From UHGV virus genome UHGV-0214148: DNA of 64,000 nucleotides. The stretch is one strand, 5' to 3'. The stretch's first letter is position 1. Every line of letters begins with the position of its first letter. This document shows, in pieces, positions 9,657 to 19,699 of the stretch. Below the pieces are notes generated by a model that did not search any database, was not told the origin of the DNA, and saw only the letters and a program-made list of their open reading frames with translations. This DNA comes from a virus. The position numbers and the translations under genes are program-made.

Positions 9657-11170
9657 TCAAGCTCCTTATCCGTCAATATTCGTTTGTTTGAATAATAGCC
9701 GCACCACAACCCATGATATTTTTCCCCGATATAAACCAACGCATATTCGATATACTGCCGTTCTGGACGCCGTACCGCCACGTAGAATCGTCCTTCTGGT
9801 TCTTTCATACGGTTGATTTCCGTACGCGTCGGTATGTCGATACCTCGAGTAAGGATAGTTTTAACCTTGTTTTTGCTACCAGGGATATGGATGGTTACGT
9901 CAAAACCTTTATCTACGTTACGATAAAAGTCTTTCTTCGGCTTACCTTTCTCATCGTAAAGCAGGTCAGTAATGTCGTTCATTACGACTGAGTTTTTCCC
10001 CTCCATGGCATCGCGTAACCAACCTGCAAGCTCATCACGAATCGTAATGCAGCGATAAGACAATAACGCGGGACGAAGAATTCGTGTAATCGAAAGATCT
10101 TCAAACATCCACAGGTTTTTGTCTTCGCTAAAATGCATCCGATCGATAGGAATACCGTTAGCTGCGGCTTCTGCGAACTTTTTACGCTTTACGAATAAGT
10201 TAAATACAACGGCGATGGGATCAAATTGACGTAAACGGGGCACCCCTTCCCACGCTTTCGCAGAGTGGGTATTTACTAACTCGTATACGTTATCCCACGG
10301 TTCTTTGGTAAACATTACGCAGAATTGTGCGTCTGGAATGTACTTACCAACGAAGACGATATCGTCCTTCTGTTTTGCATGGTTCCCACCGAACATGTAA
10401 TAAAGTTTATTACCGTTAACCGTAACCGTGGGATGGGGTTCGTTCACCATCGGGTAACAGAACTTCGTAACACAGATATCGGGAAAGGCAGACAAATTGA
10501 CACCTTCACCAACAACTTCTGGTTGCTGATCTTCCTCAGGCATCTCGTCTTTTGACCAATACGGTGTATAGTCTAGCCCATCGCCTCGTGCCGAGATACT
10601 TGAACCCTTCCGTGCTAACTCGTCGGCACGTTCGTTTCCATAGCGTCCTGAGTGCCCTTTAATTTTAAGGACACGAACACCTTTCCCTTCTTTCTTTAAC
10701 CGCTGTTTAACCTCCCACATCCGTTGGATTAATTCCAAGTTCGCAATAGGCGTACCGTCAGCACGACGCCAACCGCGTGCAGCCCAACCATCAATCCAAT
10801 CGTTATACGTGTTGACAACGTAAGATGCGTCGATATAGATAACATAGTTTTTGGCAACGAAAGGTGCGTGTTCGAAAACGGTCAGGAGAGCCACGAGTTC
10901 TGCAACGTCGGAGTGTGACATTTTTGGTACAGGCACAACACCGTCAATAAACTCCACGGTTTCAGGTAAAGGTGGAAGTTTTTCATCCTTGTTTATCTGG
11001 CGGTATCCTGACGTCGTAATCCCCTCGGGAATAGAGGGATGGCGATAAACCCGACCATCCTCAATCGCTTCACGATTAAATAAGTATCCATGAATCCCCG
11101 CTCCTGTACCGAGCGGGGAGGTCAAATGGCTACCATCCGTGTAAATTACTGCAACATCAACGTTCTTCAT
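9650..11170 (-). CDS. RNase HI-domain protein fused to a ~300-aa C-terminal domain of unknown function
   Basis: N-terminal ~190 aa carry RNase HI hallmarks: YTDGS near the start, then AELVAL, IDASY and GHSGRYGNERADELARKG. The C-terminal two thirds have no recognisable motif. Confidence 0.7.
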   Translation of the reverse strand: MKNVDVAVIYTDGSHLTSPLGTGAGIHGYLFNREAIEDGRVYRHPSIPEGITTSGYRQINKDEKLPPLPETVEFIDGVVPVPKMSHSDVAELVALLTVFEHAPFVAKNYVIYIDASYVVNTYNDWIDGWAARGWRRADGTPIANLELIQRMWEVKQRLKKEGKGVRVLKIKGHSGRYGNERADELARKGSSISARGDGLDYTPYWSKDEMPEEDQQPEVVGEGVNLSAFPDICVTKFCYPMVNEPHPTVTVNGNKLYYMFGGNHAKQKDDIVFVGKYIPDAQFCVMFTKEPWDNVYELVNTHSAKAWEGVPRLRQFDPIAVVFNLFVKRKKFAEAAANGIPIDRMHFSEDKNLWMFEDLSITRILRPALLSYRCITIRDELAGWLRDAMEGKNSVVMNDITDLLYDEKGKPKKDFYRNVDKGFDVTIHIPGSKNKVKTILTRGIDIPTRTEINRMKEPEGRFYVAVRRPERQYIEYALVYIGEKYHGLWCGYYSNKRILTDKELEC

Positions 11171-11172
11171 TC

Positions 11173-11907
11173 TTAATCCCTGGTTAATTGATCACGAATC
11201 TGCGGCGCAACATACTCGCCCGTTTTCAGTTCTTCGTGACAGGCTTTGGCGCGTTCAAACCCGTATTGGCGAGTGACCAAAGCGAGGTGGTAAATACGTG
11301 CCGTGGTGTAGGCTTCTTTTGCTGCATCCCACATTGCATGGTGCTCAAAAGCGGGCTTACCGCGTGTCCAGTAAATTTGCTCTACGGTTAGGTCAGGCTC
11401 GAACCCAAATGCAAAGGCTAAACGTTCTGCGGTACGATCGCTATCCAGTGCACTGAATTTACGGAACTTCCCTGGCGGAATATCACATTGTGCGAATGCG
11501 TTCATGAAAATCGGCGCATCGAAGTCAGGACCACGCATGGTAATAACAAACTCGTGTTTTGCGGTGATCTCCCCGAGCCATTTTTGCATCGCCCACAGCG
11601 CGTCTGGCAATGCTGTTGTCCCACCCCATGCCTCCGCATAAGCTTCACGAGACGGTGCGTATTCGGGTTCGCCTTTACCTTCCCACCAACCGACGGTTTG
11701 TGGGTCTTCGTGGAAAATGGCTTTTGCTTTAGGATCGTTAGGATCGATCCTGATGTATGAGGAACCGACCATTTTCAATGTAGGGACGTCAAAAGCCACT
11801 AAACCCGCACTTAACAGATAAGCATCGGGACGTAATGATTTGGTTTCAGCATCAGCGCCAATAACCAGCGTCGGAGTGTACGGGGTGACAATTTTTGGGT
11901 AGGTCAT
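11173..11907 (-). CDS. DEDDh-type 3'-5' exonuclease
   Basis: LVIGADAETKS (exo motif I D-x-E), RGPDFDAPI (motif II) and HHAMWDAA (motif III H-x4-D), in the order expected for the DnaQ/RNase T superfamily. Confidence 0.6.
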   Translation of the reverse strand: MTYPKIVTPYTPTLVIGADAETKSLRPDAYLLSAGLVAFDVPTLKMVGSSYIRIDPNDPKAKAIFHEDPQTVGWWEGKGEPEYAPSREAYAEAWGGTTALPDALWAMQKWLGEITAKHEFVITMRGPDFDAPIFMNAFAQCDIPPGKFRKFSALDSDRTAERLAFAFGFEPDLTVEQIYWTRGKPAFEHHAMWDAAKEAYTTARIYHLALVTRQYGFERAKACHEELKTGEYVAPQIRDQLTRD

Positions 11908-11959
11908 GTTGAATTCTCCTGTTAGTCTACATTAAAATAGTTACAAACGTTAAAAAGAA

Positions 11960-11996
11960 AGACCCTCCTGTACCACGAATGGGTACAGGAGGGGGT
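11960..11996 (-). terminator. rho-independent terminator
   Basis: 12-bp inverted repeat CCCTCCTGTACC/GGTACAGGAGGG with a T-run on the minus strand after the 11998-12456 stop. Confidence 0.65.
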
Positions 11997-11997
11997 G

Positions 11998-12456
11998 TCA
12001 GTACAAACACGATGTCAAGTATTGGTTGTACGAATCGAGTAGTGTCTGACGGTCGGAACGGTAATTCCACAACAAATTATTGAGTTTACGCGATAGGTCA
12101 CGGCTAATCTCCTGGGGCGTTAAAGAGCTTTCGTCAAGAGATAAGCGTTCAGGTACAACATGTAACTTCGGTAACTCATAACGCTCACAAAGTGGAGCCA
12201 GCATTGGTGGGCTCCAGCCACGTTTAACGGCTTGTTGGTTTAAATTTCGGGTGTAGACATAAACGTAGTAAGCATAGGTGTTGACATCCGCAACATACTC
12301 ACGCATTGCATTATTGTCAATTTTCCAATTCACCATTATCGGTGGTGTAGGAGGAAGTTCCAGTGGCCTATAAGCTGGACGTTTAACTTCGTCGCCGTAG
12401 CTATTACTCACCAACCCCATGAACACCATCATGATGAATAACAGCATTTTCATCAA
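11998..12456 (-). CDS. secreted protein with signal peptide (spanin-like candidate)
   Basis: N-terminal MMKMLLFIMMVFMGLVSNSYG is signal-peptide-like; gene abuts the upstream membrane-protein gene. No lipobox Cys. Confidence 0.45.
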   Translation of the reverse strand: MMKMLLFIMMVFMGLVSNSYGDEVKRPAYRPLELPPTPPIMVNWKIDNNAMREYVADVNTYAYYVYVYTRNLNQQAVKRGWSPPMLAPLCERYELPKLHVVPERLSLDESSLTPQEISRDLSRKLNNLLWNYRSDRQTLLDSYNQYLTSCLY

Positions 12457-12960
12457 TCACTCCTTAGAAGACGTTAGCGTCTTTATGATCTCCTGTCGAA
12501 AGCTGTTCGCATTTAAATTGCCAACAGGTCTCGCCGAAGCCTCTTTACGTTGTTCTGGTGTTGAAGCTGGATTAACAGGAGTTTCTGGTTTTGTCGAAGA
12601 CAGATCCTTCGCCGTACCGCTCGCTTTCGATGAATTAAACGTGCTTTCATATGGCGGTTTCTGGCCGAGGCAAACGAAGAGCCTGTCGTATAACTTCCCA
12701 TTATCTTCTTTTAGTTTATCTCGATCTTGTTTCATCTCTTGGTAAGACTGCGACATATAAGTGTCATGAGACTGCACTGCAACGAGCGCGTGAAACTGTT
12801 GTACATAGGCGTAGGAGACGAAGCCAGAATACGACAACAAGATCGTGATGATTAAAGTCATTATCTTGCTTGCTCTTGATACGTTTTCTCCTTCTCCTGG
12901 TTTAAATGCTTCCATTAACATCTGAAGGAAGAACGGAAGCACTTTAAAAAATGAACCCAT
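12457..12960 (-). CDS. membrane-anchored protein with coiled-coil region (i-spanin-like candidate)
   Basis: Hydrophobic segment IMTLIITILLSYSGFVSYAYV followed by charged coiled-coil-like sequence and a Pro/Thr-rich tail. Confidence 0.4.
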   Translation of the reverse strand: MGSFFKVLPFFLQMLMEAFKPGEGENVSRASKIMTLIITILLSYSGFVSYAYVQQFHALVAVQSHDTYMSQSYQEMKQDRDKLKEDNGKLYDRLFVCLGQKPPYESTFNSSKASGTAKDLSSTKPETPVNPASTPEQRKEASARPVGNLNANSFRQEIIKTLTSSKE

Positions 12961-12985
12961 TGCTCACCTCGGAGTATTTTTAATT

Positions 12986-14359
12986 ATGTTAGACTTACAA
13001 GGTTTTATTCAGATACCGGCACTGTTTGACAATCAGGACGGCGTCACCGCTCCGGTGGGCGAGCTGTCGGATTTGACACTCTCGTACGCGAAGAGTAAAC
13101 AGACGTTTACTAAAACCAATTTGCAAGTTCAATTGGTGACTTTTACGTCTAAACGAGAAAAACAGACGGTTGTTGTACCAGCCGAATTTTCTGATCATAT
13201 TCTAACCGTTTCTCAATGGATTTACCAGCAAGCCATCTTGGGGAATCTGAGAAATGACGAACTCGAATTCCAGCGCCTGTTATTAGGCCAATTCCAATCA
13301 ACCATTTCTGGTGTTCAGTCTGGTGCGATGATACAGACGAACAGTAACTGGTTCCCACGTTGGGTGAGCTGGAAATATGAAGTAACGGCAGATCAAGTAC
13401 AAGATGACACTGATGTAGATAATCAGATCATTGTTTGGTTCTCGGATGAAGACTTCGATCAAGATTACACAGGGTTCGAAATCGAAGTACAGATGCCGAT
13501 TTCACCAATCGACACATTTTTGTCGACCAAGTCAGTCGTTGAAAAGGCGATGGAAGGGTTTAACCTTACCGAACACCATAAGAAAATCAATGAGTTAATG
13601 GCAGGGTTTCCTTACACCGCTATCCAAACCAACTACTATACTTGGCACGATCAAGAAAACTACGAGTCTACCTTAGTTGTCCCCATGTCGGTTATTATCT
13701 ACGGACGTGCGGGAAAAAACCCAACGAAAATAAAGCAAGCGTTGCGTGAACATATTCTCGCTAATTCCAGCTTTACTGTCCCTATCGGGGTAAAAGTATT
13801 TCCCGAAATTTTCACTACCACGAAATTTACAATTGTCCCTGGATGGAAAATTCGTGGGATACCCAATGAGGAAGATGTGGCGGCGCTTTATTCCCCCATC
13901 CTTCCATATGATTTCTGGGTCAAAGCTATCAGTCGGTTTGGAGAATGGGCAGACCAGACGGTAGCAGAAAGAAATACTAAAACGATCAGTAAACCTACAA
14001 CAGACGTAACTGACTTACCAACAGTTTATAAATCATTAAACTGTGTTGTAATCAGTGGGCCGGAAAACGATACGCGGAAAGCGACCTTACACGAAACTAT
14101 CCCGGATTATGCGTTAATTGCGACGACTAACCCTGATATTGCGCGTATGTCGAAAACAACGACCGAATGGTTGGCGTTATTTTTCCAGGCACTTATTGCT
14201 GCGGAAGAATACCACCCGTATCAAACCAGCTTGGATATTGTAAAACTGGTCGATGAGGCTGACCCTGATAACTACTTCTGGGTGTTTGAATACGACAACG
14301 TAGAATATCGTATCCTGTCTCGGAAAGCGAAATGGTACACCGAGTTAGACGAGGAGTAA
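12986..14359 (+). CDS. hypothetical protein (possible virion protein)
   Basis: 457-aa ORF; tight 3-bp spacing to the next plus-strand ORF. Confidence 0.55.
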   Translation: MLDLQGFIQIPALFDNQDGVTAPVGELSDLTLSYAKSKQTFTKTNLQVQLVTFTSKREKQTVVVPAEFSDHILTVSQWIYQQAILGNLRNDELEFQRLLLGQFQSTISGVQSGAMIQTNSNWFPRWVSWKYEVTADQVQDDTDVDNQIIVWFSDEDFDQDYTGFEIEVQMPISPIDTFLSTKSVVEKAMEGFNLTEHHKKINELMAGFPYTAIQTNYYTWHDQENYESTLVVPMSVIIYGRAGKNPTKIKQALREHILANSSFTVPIGVKVFPEIFTTTKFTIVPGWKIRGIPNEEDVAALYSPILPYDFWVKAISRFGEWADQTVAERNTKTISKPTTDVTDLPTVYKSLNCVVISGPENDTRKATLHETIPDYALIATTNPDIARMSKTTTEWLALFFQALIAAEEYHPYQTSLDIVKLVDEADPDNYFWVFEYDNVEYRILSRKAKWYTELDEE

Positions 14360-14362
14360 TGA

Positions 14363-14986
14363 ATGGCTACGCGTTTACCACTCCAGGTACCAGTCAACAC
14401 CACGGGACTGTTCAAAGTAAAAACACCATTTACTTTAGCCGAGACGGTCATTTATACGGTAGAAGCGTCACGTACCTTCCCAGATTTAGTACGTCAGAAT
14501 ATTGACGTTTATAACTCGTATTACCAGCCAGTAGGGCTAGGACGTGAAGAATATTTAGCAGATGCGAATGTTAGTGCGTCGATCCTGACATTTAAATCTC
14601 GGGACGGTCAAGTTGTATACATACCTGACACCTACCTGGAATCATACCCAGGTTTATCCGGGATCACGTATCAACGAAATGTGTTAGTGGTAGATTTGGC
14701 ACTGGTACCGGATTACGTGAAAGTGTCGTCTATAACAAAAGACGTTTCAGATATTCTCACGCATACACTAGGGATTGAGCCGAAAGTTGAAATCACAACG
14801 CTCGAGTATGAAGGGAAGGTAACGGAGGAACAACACTTGCAGATGGAAGCGGCACGAAAAAATAAAATTCGTGAATCTATTCCATTAGGTGAGAAAGTTG
14901 CTGCGTTGACAGAAGAGAACAAAAAATTAAAAGAGTTAAACAACCAAATGTTAGAGATTCTTAAAGCTAACGGGTTAGTTAACTAA
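14363..14986 (+). CDS. hypothetical protein with C-terminal coiled coil
   Basis: 207-aa ORF; C-terminal EEQHLQMEAARKNKIRESIPLGEKVAALTEENKKLKELNNQMLEILK is heptad-like. Confidence 0.55.
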   Translation: MATRLPLQVPVNTTGLFKVKTPFTLAETVIYTVEASRTFPDLVRQNIDVYNSYYQPVGLGREEYLADANVSASILTFKSRDGQVVYIPDTYLESYPGLSGITYQRNVLVVDLALVPDYVKVSSITKDVSDILTHTLGIEPKVEITTLEYEGKVTEEQHLQMEAARKNKIRESIPLGEKVAALTEENKKLKELNNQMLEILKANGLVN

Positions 14987-14989
14987 AAA

Positions 14990-15030
14990 GATTACCCTAC
15001 TCCTTCGGGAGTAGGGTAGCTTTTATTTTA
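14990..15030. terminator. bidirectional rho-independent terminator
   Basis: Hairpin TACCCTACTCC-TTCG-GGAGTAGGGTA (14993-15018) followed by TTTTATTTT, between convergent genes. Confidence 0.7.
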
Positions 15031-15579
15031 AATGTCGACTTCTAGTTTACGGTAATCGATGACGCCTTGAGCAATCATAGCAGCAACATCGTTCCAGGTA
15101 CGAAAAATGAAGTAAACTGTGTCTCCGTTTAAAAAGATGTTAGATTCTTTATCCGGGAAATCATCTTCACTGAGGTAGTAGTAGGGTTTGTCGAATGGGA
15201 AGTCGCGCTCATCAGAGGAACCAAGTACCGCATAACGATTGCCACAATCAAACAGAATCTTCCAACCAGACATTTCACTATTAGCGTCAATACGATCGTC
15301 GATTTCAACGGTAATAGGAGAACGATCAAGAAAGCTGATTGTAACCTCCCCGTTATGCTGTCGTTTAAATCGACGAATATCTGTAGGCACAATTTCAGAT
15401 GCTGCTATAAGGGAATAAAGTTGTGTTACGGTGATCTTTTTGTAAACACTATCGCCATCCCACAAACGATCAAATAAGAAATTAGCCAGGAAATTTATAT
15501 CCTTTAAACGTGTGCGGAAAACAGAACCACGGCGAATACCGTAAGCCAGATGAGTTAAATATTCAGACGATGGAAACAT
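15028..15579 (-). CDS. hypothetical protein
   Basis: 183-aa ORF; SD TTAGGAGTATTAAA before the ATG. Confidence 0.5.
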   Translation of the reverse strand: MFPSSEYLTHLAYGIRRGSVFRTRLKDINFLANFLFDRLWDGDSVYKKITVTQLYSLIAASEIVPTDIRRFKRQHNGEVTISFLDRSPITVEIDDRIDANSEMSGWKILFDCGNRYAVLGSSDERDFPFDKPYYYLSEDDFPDKESNIFLNGDTVYFIFRTWNDVAAMIAQGVIDYRKLEVDI

Positions 15580-15604
15580 TTTAATACTCCTAAGGTGGAA
15601 AAAG

Positions 15605-15636
15605 AATTAACCCTACTCCCGGAGGAGTAGGGGATT
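15605..15636 (-). terminator. rho-independent terminator
   Basis: Hairpin CCCTACTCC-CGGA-GGAGTAGGG with a T-run on the minus strand downstream of the 15641-16573 stop. Confidence 0.6.
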
Positions 15637-15640
15637 TAAA

Positions 15641-16573
15641 TTACTTTTTGGTTTGACCAAGGTTTTCAAGAACCAGTTCACGAATGTACTTCTGAGTACG
15701 TTTTTTCGGCGGTAGAGCCATAAGAGTGTCAACGATTCCCTGGCCGCCGATAACCTTGCTGACGAGTTGTTGAACTTGGAAGAGTTCTGCTTCTTCGTCA
15801 CTGATCTCATTAGCTTGGTCTTTCTGACACAACGCTTCTACCAGGTCAGCTACGGATATTTCATTTTCGTCACCGGGGAAATCCAGGTTTAACGATTCGA
15901 AAACATCACGCTTAACGAGTACAGATTTCAGATCATCGTAGTTTTCACAAACGGCGACTTCTGTGCCAGGTACCGTTTCTTCTTCGTCTTGATCTTCATT
16001 CTCAGAGGCGAAGTAACTTACTTCTGTTGCGTGGAACGTTGCGTCAGCTTTTCTCAGTACGTAGCTCACATGCGACCAATTGCTCAGGATGAAGTAGACA
16101 ACACCCCCAATTAATCCGATGTTGCCCTGGCGAAGTTCGAGAGCAATTTCCAGGCGGCGTGAAATCTCACCCAAACCAAAGAAAGTCTCGTCGCAGGCCG
16201 CAACAACTTCGTACTGATTCACTCCTTGTTCTACAACAACGTACCAGTTATCCGGGAGAGGATACGGGTTGTGCATGAAAGAAAGTTCGTTCCCTGCGCC
16301 TGGGTCAACAGTAACGGATGTATGGCGCATTCCCATGGAGAAGTTGAACGTATCCCCGTTTTGAACCGCAATTGCACCGTCAATCGGAAGAATTTTGGTG
16401 GCACGATCAATAGAGAAAATCGCTTCCTGTGTAATTGAAGACTGATTACTGCCTAGGAAGTGATTACGCAGAAAAGCAGCGGTTTCACCTACAGTGGTTT
16501 GTAGCATATGGTAGTTATAACGACGACGCAGCGTGTTAGCCAGTTCGTAAATTACTTCAGATGGAAAAGTCAT
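15641..16573 (-). CDS. hypothetical protein
   Basis: 310-aa ORF, acidic C-terminal region. Confidence 0.5.
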   Translation of the reverse strand: MTFPSEVIYELANTLRRRYNYHMLQTTVGETAAFLRNHFLGSNQSSITQEAIFSIDRATKILPIDGAIAVQNGDTFNFSMGMRHTSVTVDPGAGNELSFMHNPYPLPDNWYVVVEQGVNQYEVVAACDETFFGLGEISRRLEIALELRQGNIGLIGGVVYFILSNWSHVSYVLRKADATFHATEVSYFASENEDQDEEETVPGTEVAVCENYDDLKSVLVKRDVFESLNLDFPGDENEISVADLVEALCQKDQANEISDEEAELFQVQQLVSKVIGGQGIVDTLMALPPKKRTQKYIRELVLENLGQTKK

Positions 16574-16626
16574 TTTAATAGTCCTCTTTTAGGTTTGTTC
16601 AAATCAACTAAGGGTTATGTAAAAAG

Positions 16627-17106
16627 TTAAAATAAAGGCAAGTTACGCCATTGTCCTACCGAGTAAAAAGCTTTTGGATGTTTACGGATATACGCTTTCG
16701 CTTCTTCTGGCAACCAACGATCGCCTGCCAGTTTTTGTTGTGCAACAATTACCGCCATCAACAAATAAGGGTTTTTCGCACCGGGGAACTTTGCATTGGT
16801 TTCTAGTGCAATATCCAACATTGACGACCAGCCCAGTAATTTATGTTGCGCCGGTAAACGTTCTTCAATATACATCAGCCATTTCATGATTTGTTTAGGC
16901 TTGTACGGACAGGTATAATTCGCCCAACACACCATGACGAACTTAATAACCTTCGCAATCACCCATACAGGGACAGTCACGAAAAGGCAGAAAATGGCCA
17001 ACTGTGAGGCGGGCGCTTCGACAAAAGTAACCGCTACAAGAACCATACACAGTTCAAGTACCACAAACCAAAAACGCGTTGGATAACGCCAAATGAATTT
17101 TATCAT
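16627..17106 (-). CDS. integral membrane protein
   Basis: Two to three hydrophobic helices in the N-terminal half (FWFVVLELCMVLVAVTFV, LAIFCLFVTVPVWVIAKVIKFVMV). Confidence 0.45.
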   Translation of the reverse strand: MIKFIWRYPTRFWFVVLELCMVLVAVTFVEAPASQLAIFCLFVTVPVWVIAKVIKFVMVCWANYTCPYKPKQIMKWLMYIEERLPAQHKLLGWSSMLDIALETNAKFPGAKNPYLLMAVIVAQQKLAGDRWLPEEAKAYIRKHPKAFYSVGQWRNLPLF

Positions 17107-17172
17107 AACTCTGTTCCTTTAGGGAATGAAAATAAAAGTACCCCTTACTCCGTATAGGGTAAGGGGTAGAAG

Positions 17173-17682
17173 TTAGAAGAACGGCTGATTTGGAATGACA
17201 GCGTACTCTAAAATGAACATATGTTCCGGGGCGTCTTCTTTACGCCAGACTTTGTGTGTCGACACAAGTTTTTCCAGAATCGTTAAGAAACTACGTTGGC
17301 AGTATGTGTTTTCACCAAGCAGTAGATTTTGAAGTTCTACAGTAGCGTCCATATACGCCTGTTTAAAGACTAAACTACGGTTATACTGCCCGGTAAAATT
17401 CCAAAGCAAGACCTTCCCTTCTTCGGTTTCTTTTACCGTTGGCCGTAAACCACAAATCCACAGTAAGGCAAGGTTGACGTTCCAGTCAAACTCTAAACCT
17501 TCTTCTTCGTCAACACCGAATGCTGTGGGTAAAGCATCGTAAAATTCGTGTTTCTCTGCGAATTCTTCATCCGACTTAATCTCGTCTTCGATACTGCTTC
17601 GGACGATACTGTAAACGTCTTTCGCGGTCAATTGTGCGGCTTTTGTAATGCCTTTATACCAATCGGTTACTACGATGCTCAA
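17173..17682 (-). CDS. hypothetical protein
   Basis: 169-aa ORF overlapping the upstream gene by 4 bp. Confidence 0.5.
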   Translation of the reverse strand: MSIVVTDWYKGITKAAQLTAKDVYSIVRSSIEDEIKSDEEFAEKHEFYDALPTAFGVDEEEGLEFDWNVNLALLWICGLRPTVKETEEGKVLLWNFTGQYNRSLVFKQAYMDATVELQNLLLGENTYCQRSFLTILEKLVSTHKVWRKEDAPEHMFILEYAVIPNQPFF

Positions 17683-18377
17683 AGGGTAACTCCTCTATTG
17701 ATTGGAAAACTCGTGTTTATCGTATCCCAAATTCTACTAACTTCCGCCAGTTGAATCTGACGTGGTGTTTTCTTCGCAAACGCAAGCTGACGTGGGGCCG
17801 AGCCCACAACAACAGGCACATCGATTTTCGCGCTATAGAACGCGGCGTCTTTCATAAAGCCTGCCATTTCTCGTTGTGCTGCTCGAGATTTGCTTTTGAT
17901 TCGCGTGTGAGCGCCACTTTCACCCCAGTGGTAAGCTAACGCAACTTCAGCCATGGTGGGCTTGCGTTTGAGTCGTTTGGTTAACCCCTTCTCAAGATGT
18001 TTAACATACGCAGTAGCCAGCAAAACAGCGTTACGCGGATTATACAAATCGGCATTCTGACTAAGACCTAATTCTTTTCCATAAAGCTTTAGCAGATTAC
18101 GCTTGGTACTTGGAAGCATCTGTACCAGGCTGTGTGCTCGTGAGCTTTTGTTGTAAGCCTTGGGATCAAAACGCGATTCACGATAAATCAGTGTAATCAT
18201 CAGCTTGGGATCAACGCCCTGCTTTCGTGAGATTTCCACAATTAACGGGCTGACTTTTTCGAACCGATGTTGGATTTGTGCAAACTCTCGCTGATGCTTA
18301 GAATGTGGCGTTGACGTTGACGCCTGTGCGTTAAACGCGAAAAGTGTTACCAGTAAAAGAAAGAAGATACGAAACAT
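17679..18377 (-). CDS. secreted lytic transglycosylase-like (SLT domain) protein
   Basis: Signal peptide MFRIFFLLLVTLFAFNAQA (start chosen at the ATG preceded by TGGAGAAACAAA), then an SLT-like core RESRFDPKAYNKSSRAHSLVQM and AYVKHL. Confidence 0.55.
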   Translation of the reverse strand: MFRIFFLLLVTLFAFNAQASTSTPHSKHQREFAQIQHRFEKVSPLIVEISRKQGVDPKLMITLIYRESRFDPKAYNKSSRAHSLVQMLPSTKRNLLKLYGKELGLSQNADLYNPRNAVLLATAYVKHLEKGLTKRLKRKPTMAEVALAYHWGESGAHTRIKSKSRAAQREMAGFMKDAAFYSAKIDVPVVVGSAPRQLAFAKKTPRQIQLAEVSRIWDTINTSFPINRGVTL

Positions 18378-18477
18378 TTTGTTTCTCCAGTTGGATTTAT
18401 ACATTTCCGTATTCCGTAAGACGAAATGACGGCGCGGACAGCTAATACTCCTTTGTTGTGTGCCCTAATGATAATAT

Positions 18478-19038
18478 CTATTTAAAAGAGTTTGGAATTA
18501 ATGACTCTGCTTCTTGGTACAGCTTATCAGGTAAGTATAACGTGTAGCGCTGCCTCCTCGGTTCAAGTTTTTTGTAAAGCCACAAAAAGATTTCTTGTCT
18601 TTCCCAGGAATCTAACCACCCATTTGCCATTCCCAACGGAGGGATAGCAACGCTGGTATCCAGATCCTCAACACAGTCTGCTAATGCGGTAATGCCCGCA
18701 GTAACATAAGAAACCTGGGATTTTAAACGCCAATGTGTTTTCGTGGGGAGCAAGATACACTTTTCGTCAGAGTAAACGTAAACGCTTCCAATCTTAATTT
18801 CGTCTTCACGACACCGCTTACGATAATCCTGATAAAGGTTGGGGTAGCGTTCACGACACGCGAGTGCAATACCGCGACCCATTGCTCCTACGCAGTTAAT
18901 GGTAACGACTTTATAGTCTTCGGGCGCATTAAAAAGATCGTTACCAATTTCAGATTCTTTACGTACCGTTAACATAACGAAACGCCCGGAGTTGATGTGT
19001 AGTATTAAAACGTGTACCGCCGATTGATAGCTCGACAA
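18478..19038 (-). CDS. putative macro-domain (ADP-ribose binding/processing) protein
   Basis: VVTINCVGAMGRGIALA resembles the macro-domain VxVNAAN...GGGVxxAI region. Weak, motif-only call. Confidence 0.35.
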   Translation of the reverse strand: MSSYQSAVHVLILHINSGRFVMLTVRKESEIGNDLFNAPEDYKVVTINCVGAMGRGIALACRERYPNLYQDYRKRCREDEIKIGSVYVYSDEKCILLPTKTHWRLKSQVSYVTAGITALADCVEDLDTSVAIPPLGMANGWLDSWERQEIFLWLYKKLEPRRQRYTLYLPDKLYQEAESLIPNSFK

Positions 19039-19062
19039 GTATAGCGATATATGTTTTACCCA

Positions 19063-19431
19063 TTATCGATTTTTCGTAATCCATTGCTTGACCGCCGCTT
19101 CTAAACCTTCGTGTTGTAAGCCCAGGCGCTGCATAGTCAGTGACAAGTTAAGCGTGTGGACGACCTGCTCACGGAACTGATGATCGTTCATACGGTCCCA
19201 GACATTCTCTACTGAAATATTGTGTTTCCAGAGCAAATAAGCTTCACGACACGATGCGCGACGAACTAAACTGGGTTTAACAAAAGGCAACTCGATTTCA
19301 GGCAAGTAACCTAAAAGCTTAACTAACGGCGTTACCTGCGTCTTACCGAAGTCACCACATTGATAACAAATTTGCAGAATATCAATTTCATTCAACGGTA
19401 TGCCGTAAATTGATGGGTTCTCTGTGAACAT
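19063..19431 (-). CDS. hypothetical protein
   Basis: 122-aa ORF; start preceded by GAGGAGAAT; overlaps the upstream ORF by 44 bp. Confidence 0.45.
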   Translation of the reverse strand: MFTENPSIYGIPLNEIDILQICYQCGDFGKTQVTPLVKLLGYLPEIELPFVKPSLVRRASCREAYLLWKHNISVENVWDRMNDHQFREQVVHTLNLSLTMQRLGLQHEGLEAAVKQWITKNR

Positions 19432-19633
19432 TCATATTCTCCTCAGGCTCGAAATGTGATTCGGGTGGCAACGTCCCTAAAGCCCCTTGGATACAAGCCG
19501 TCAGTGAAGGTTTGCCGAAACAGACCTTACCTATCGTCCCCACATTGGGATGCTGTAAGAACGCTTTCGCACGTTCGTATTCTTTCCAACAAATACTCGT
19601 ATCCAAACCACCCACTCCGTACGATTTTAACAT
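19388..19633 (-). CDS. hypothetical protein
   Basis: 81-aa ORF; low complexity; uncertain. Confidence 0.35.
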   Translation of the reverse strand: MLKSYGVGGLDTSICWKEYERAKAFLQHPNVGTIGKVCFGKPSLTACIQGALGTLPPESHFEPEENMNVHREPINLRHTVE

Positions 19634-19699
19634 AATTAGCTCTCCTGACGTAAATTTCTCACACTCATAGTGAGGTACGCCAAGAGAGCTTTATTGTTT

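Noticed and set aside
19388-19633. Programmed frameshift or pseudogene at the 44-bp overlap between ORFs 19388-19633 and 19063-19431
   Set aside because: The downstream ORF has its own SD (GAGGAGAAT) and ATG; the overlap is adequately explained as ordinary gene overlap in a compact genome.
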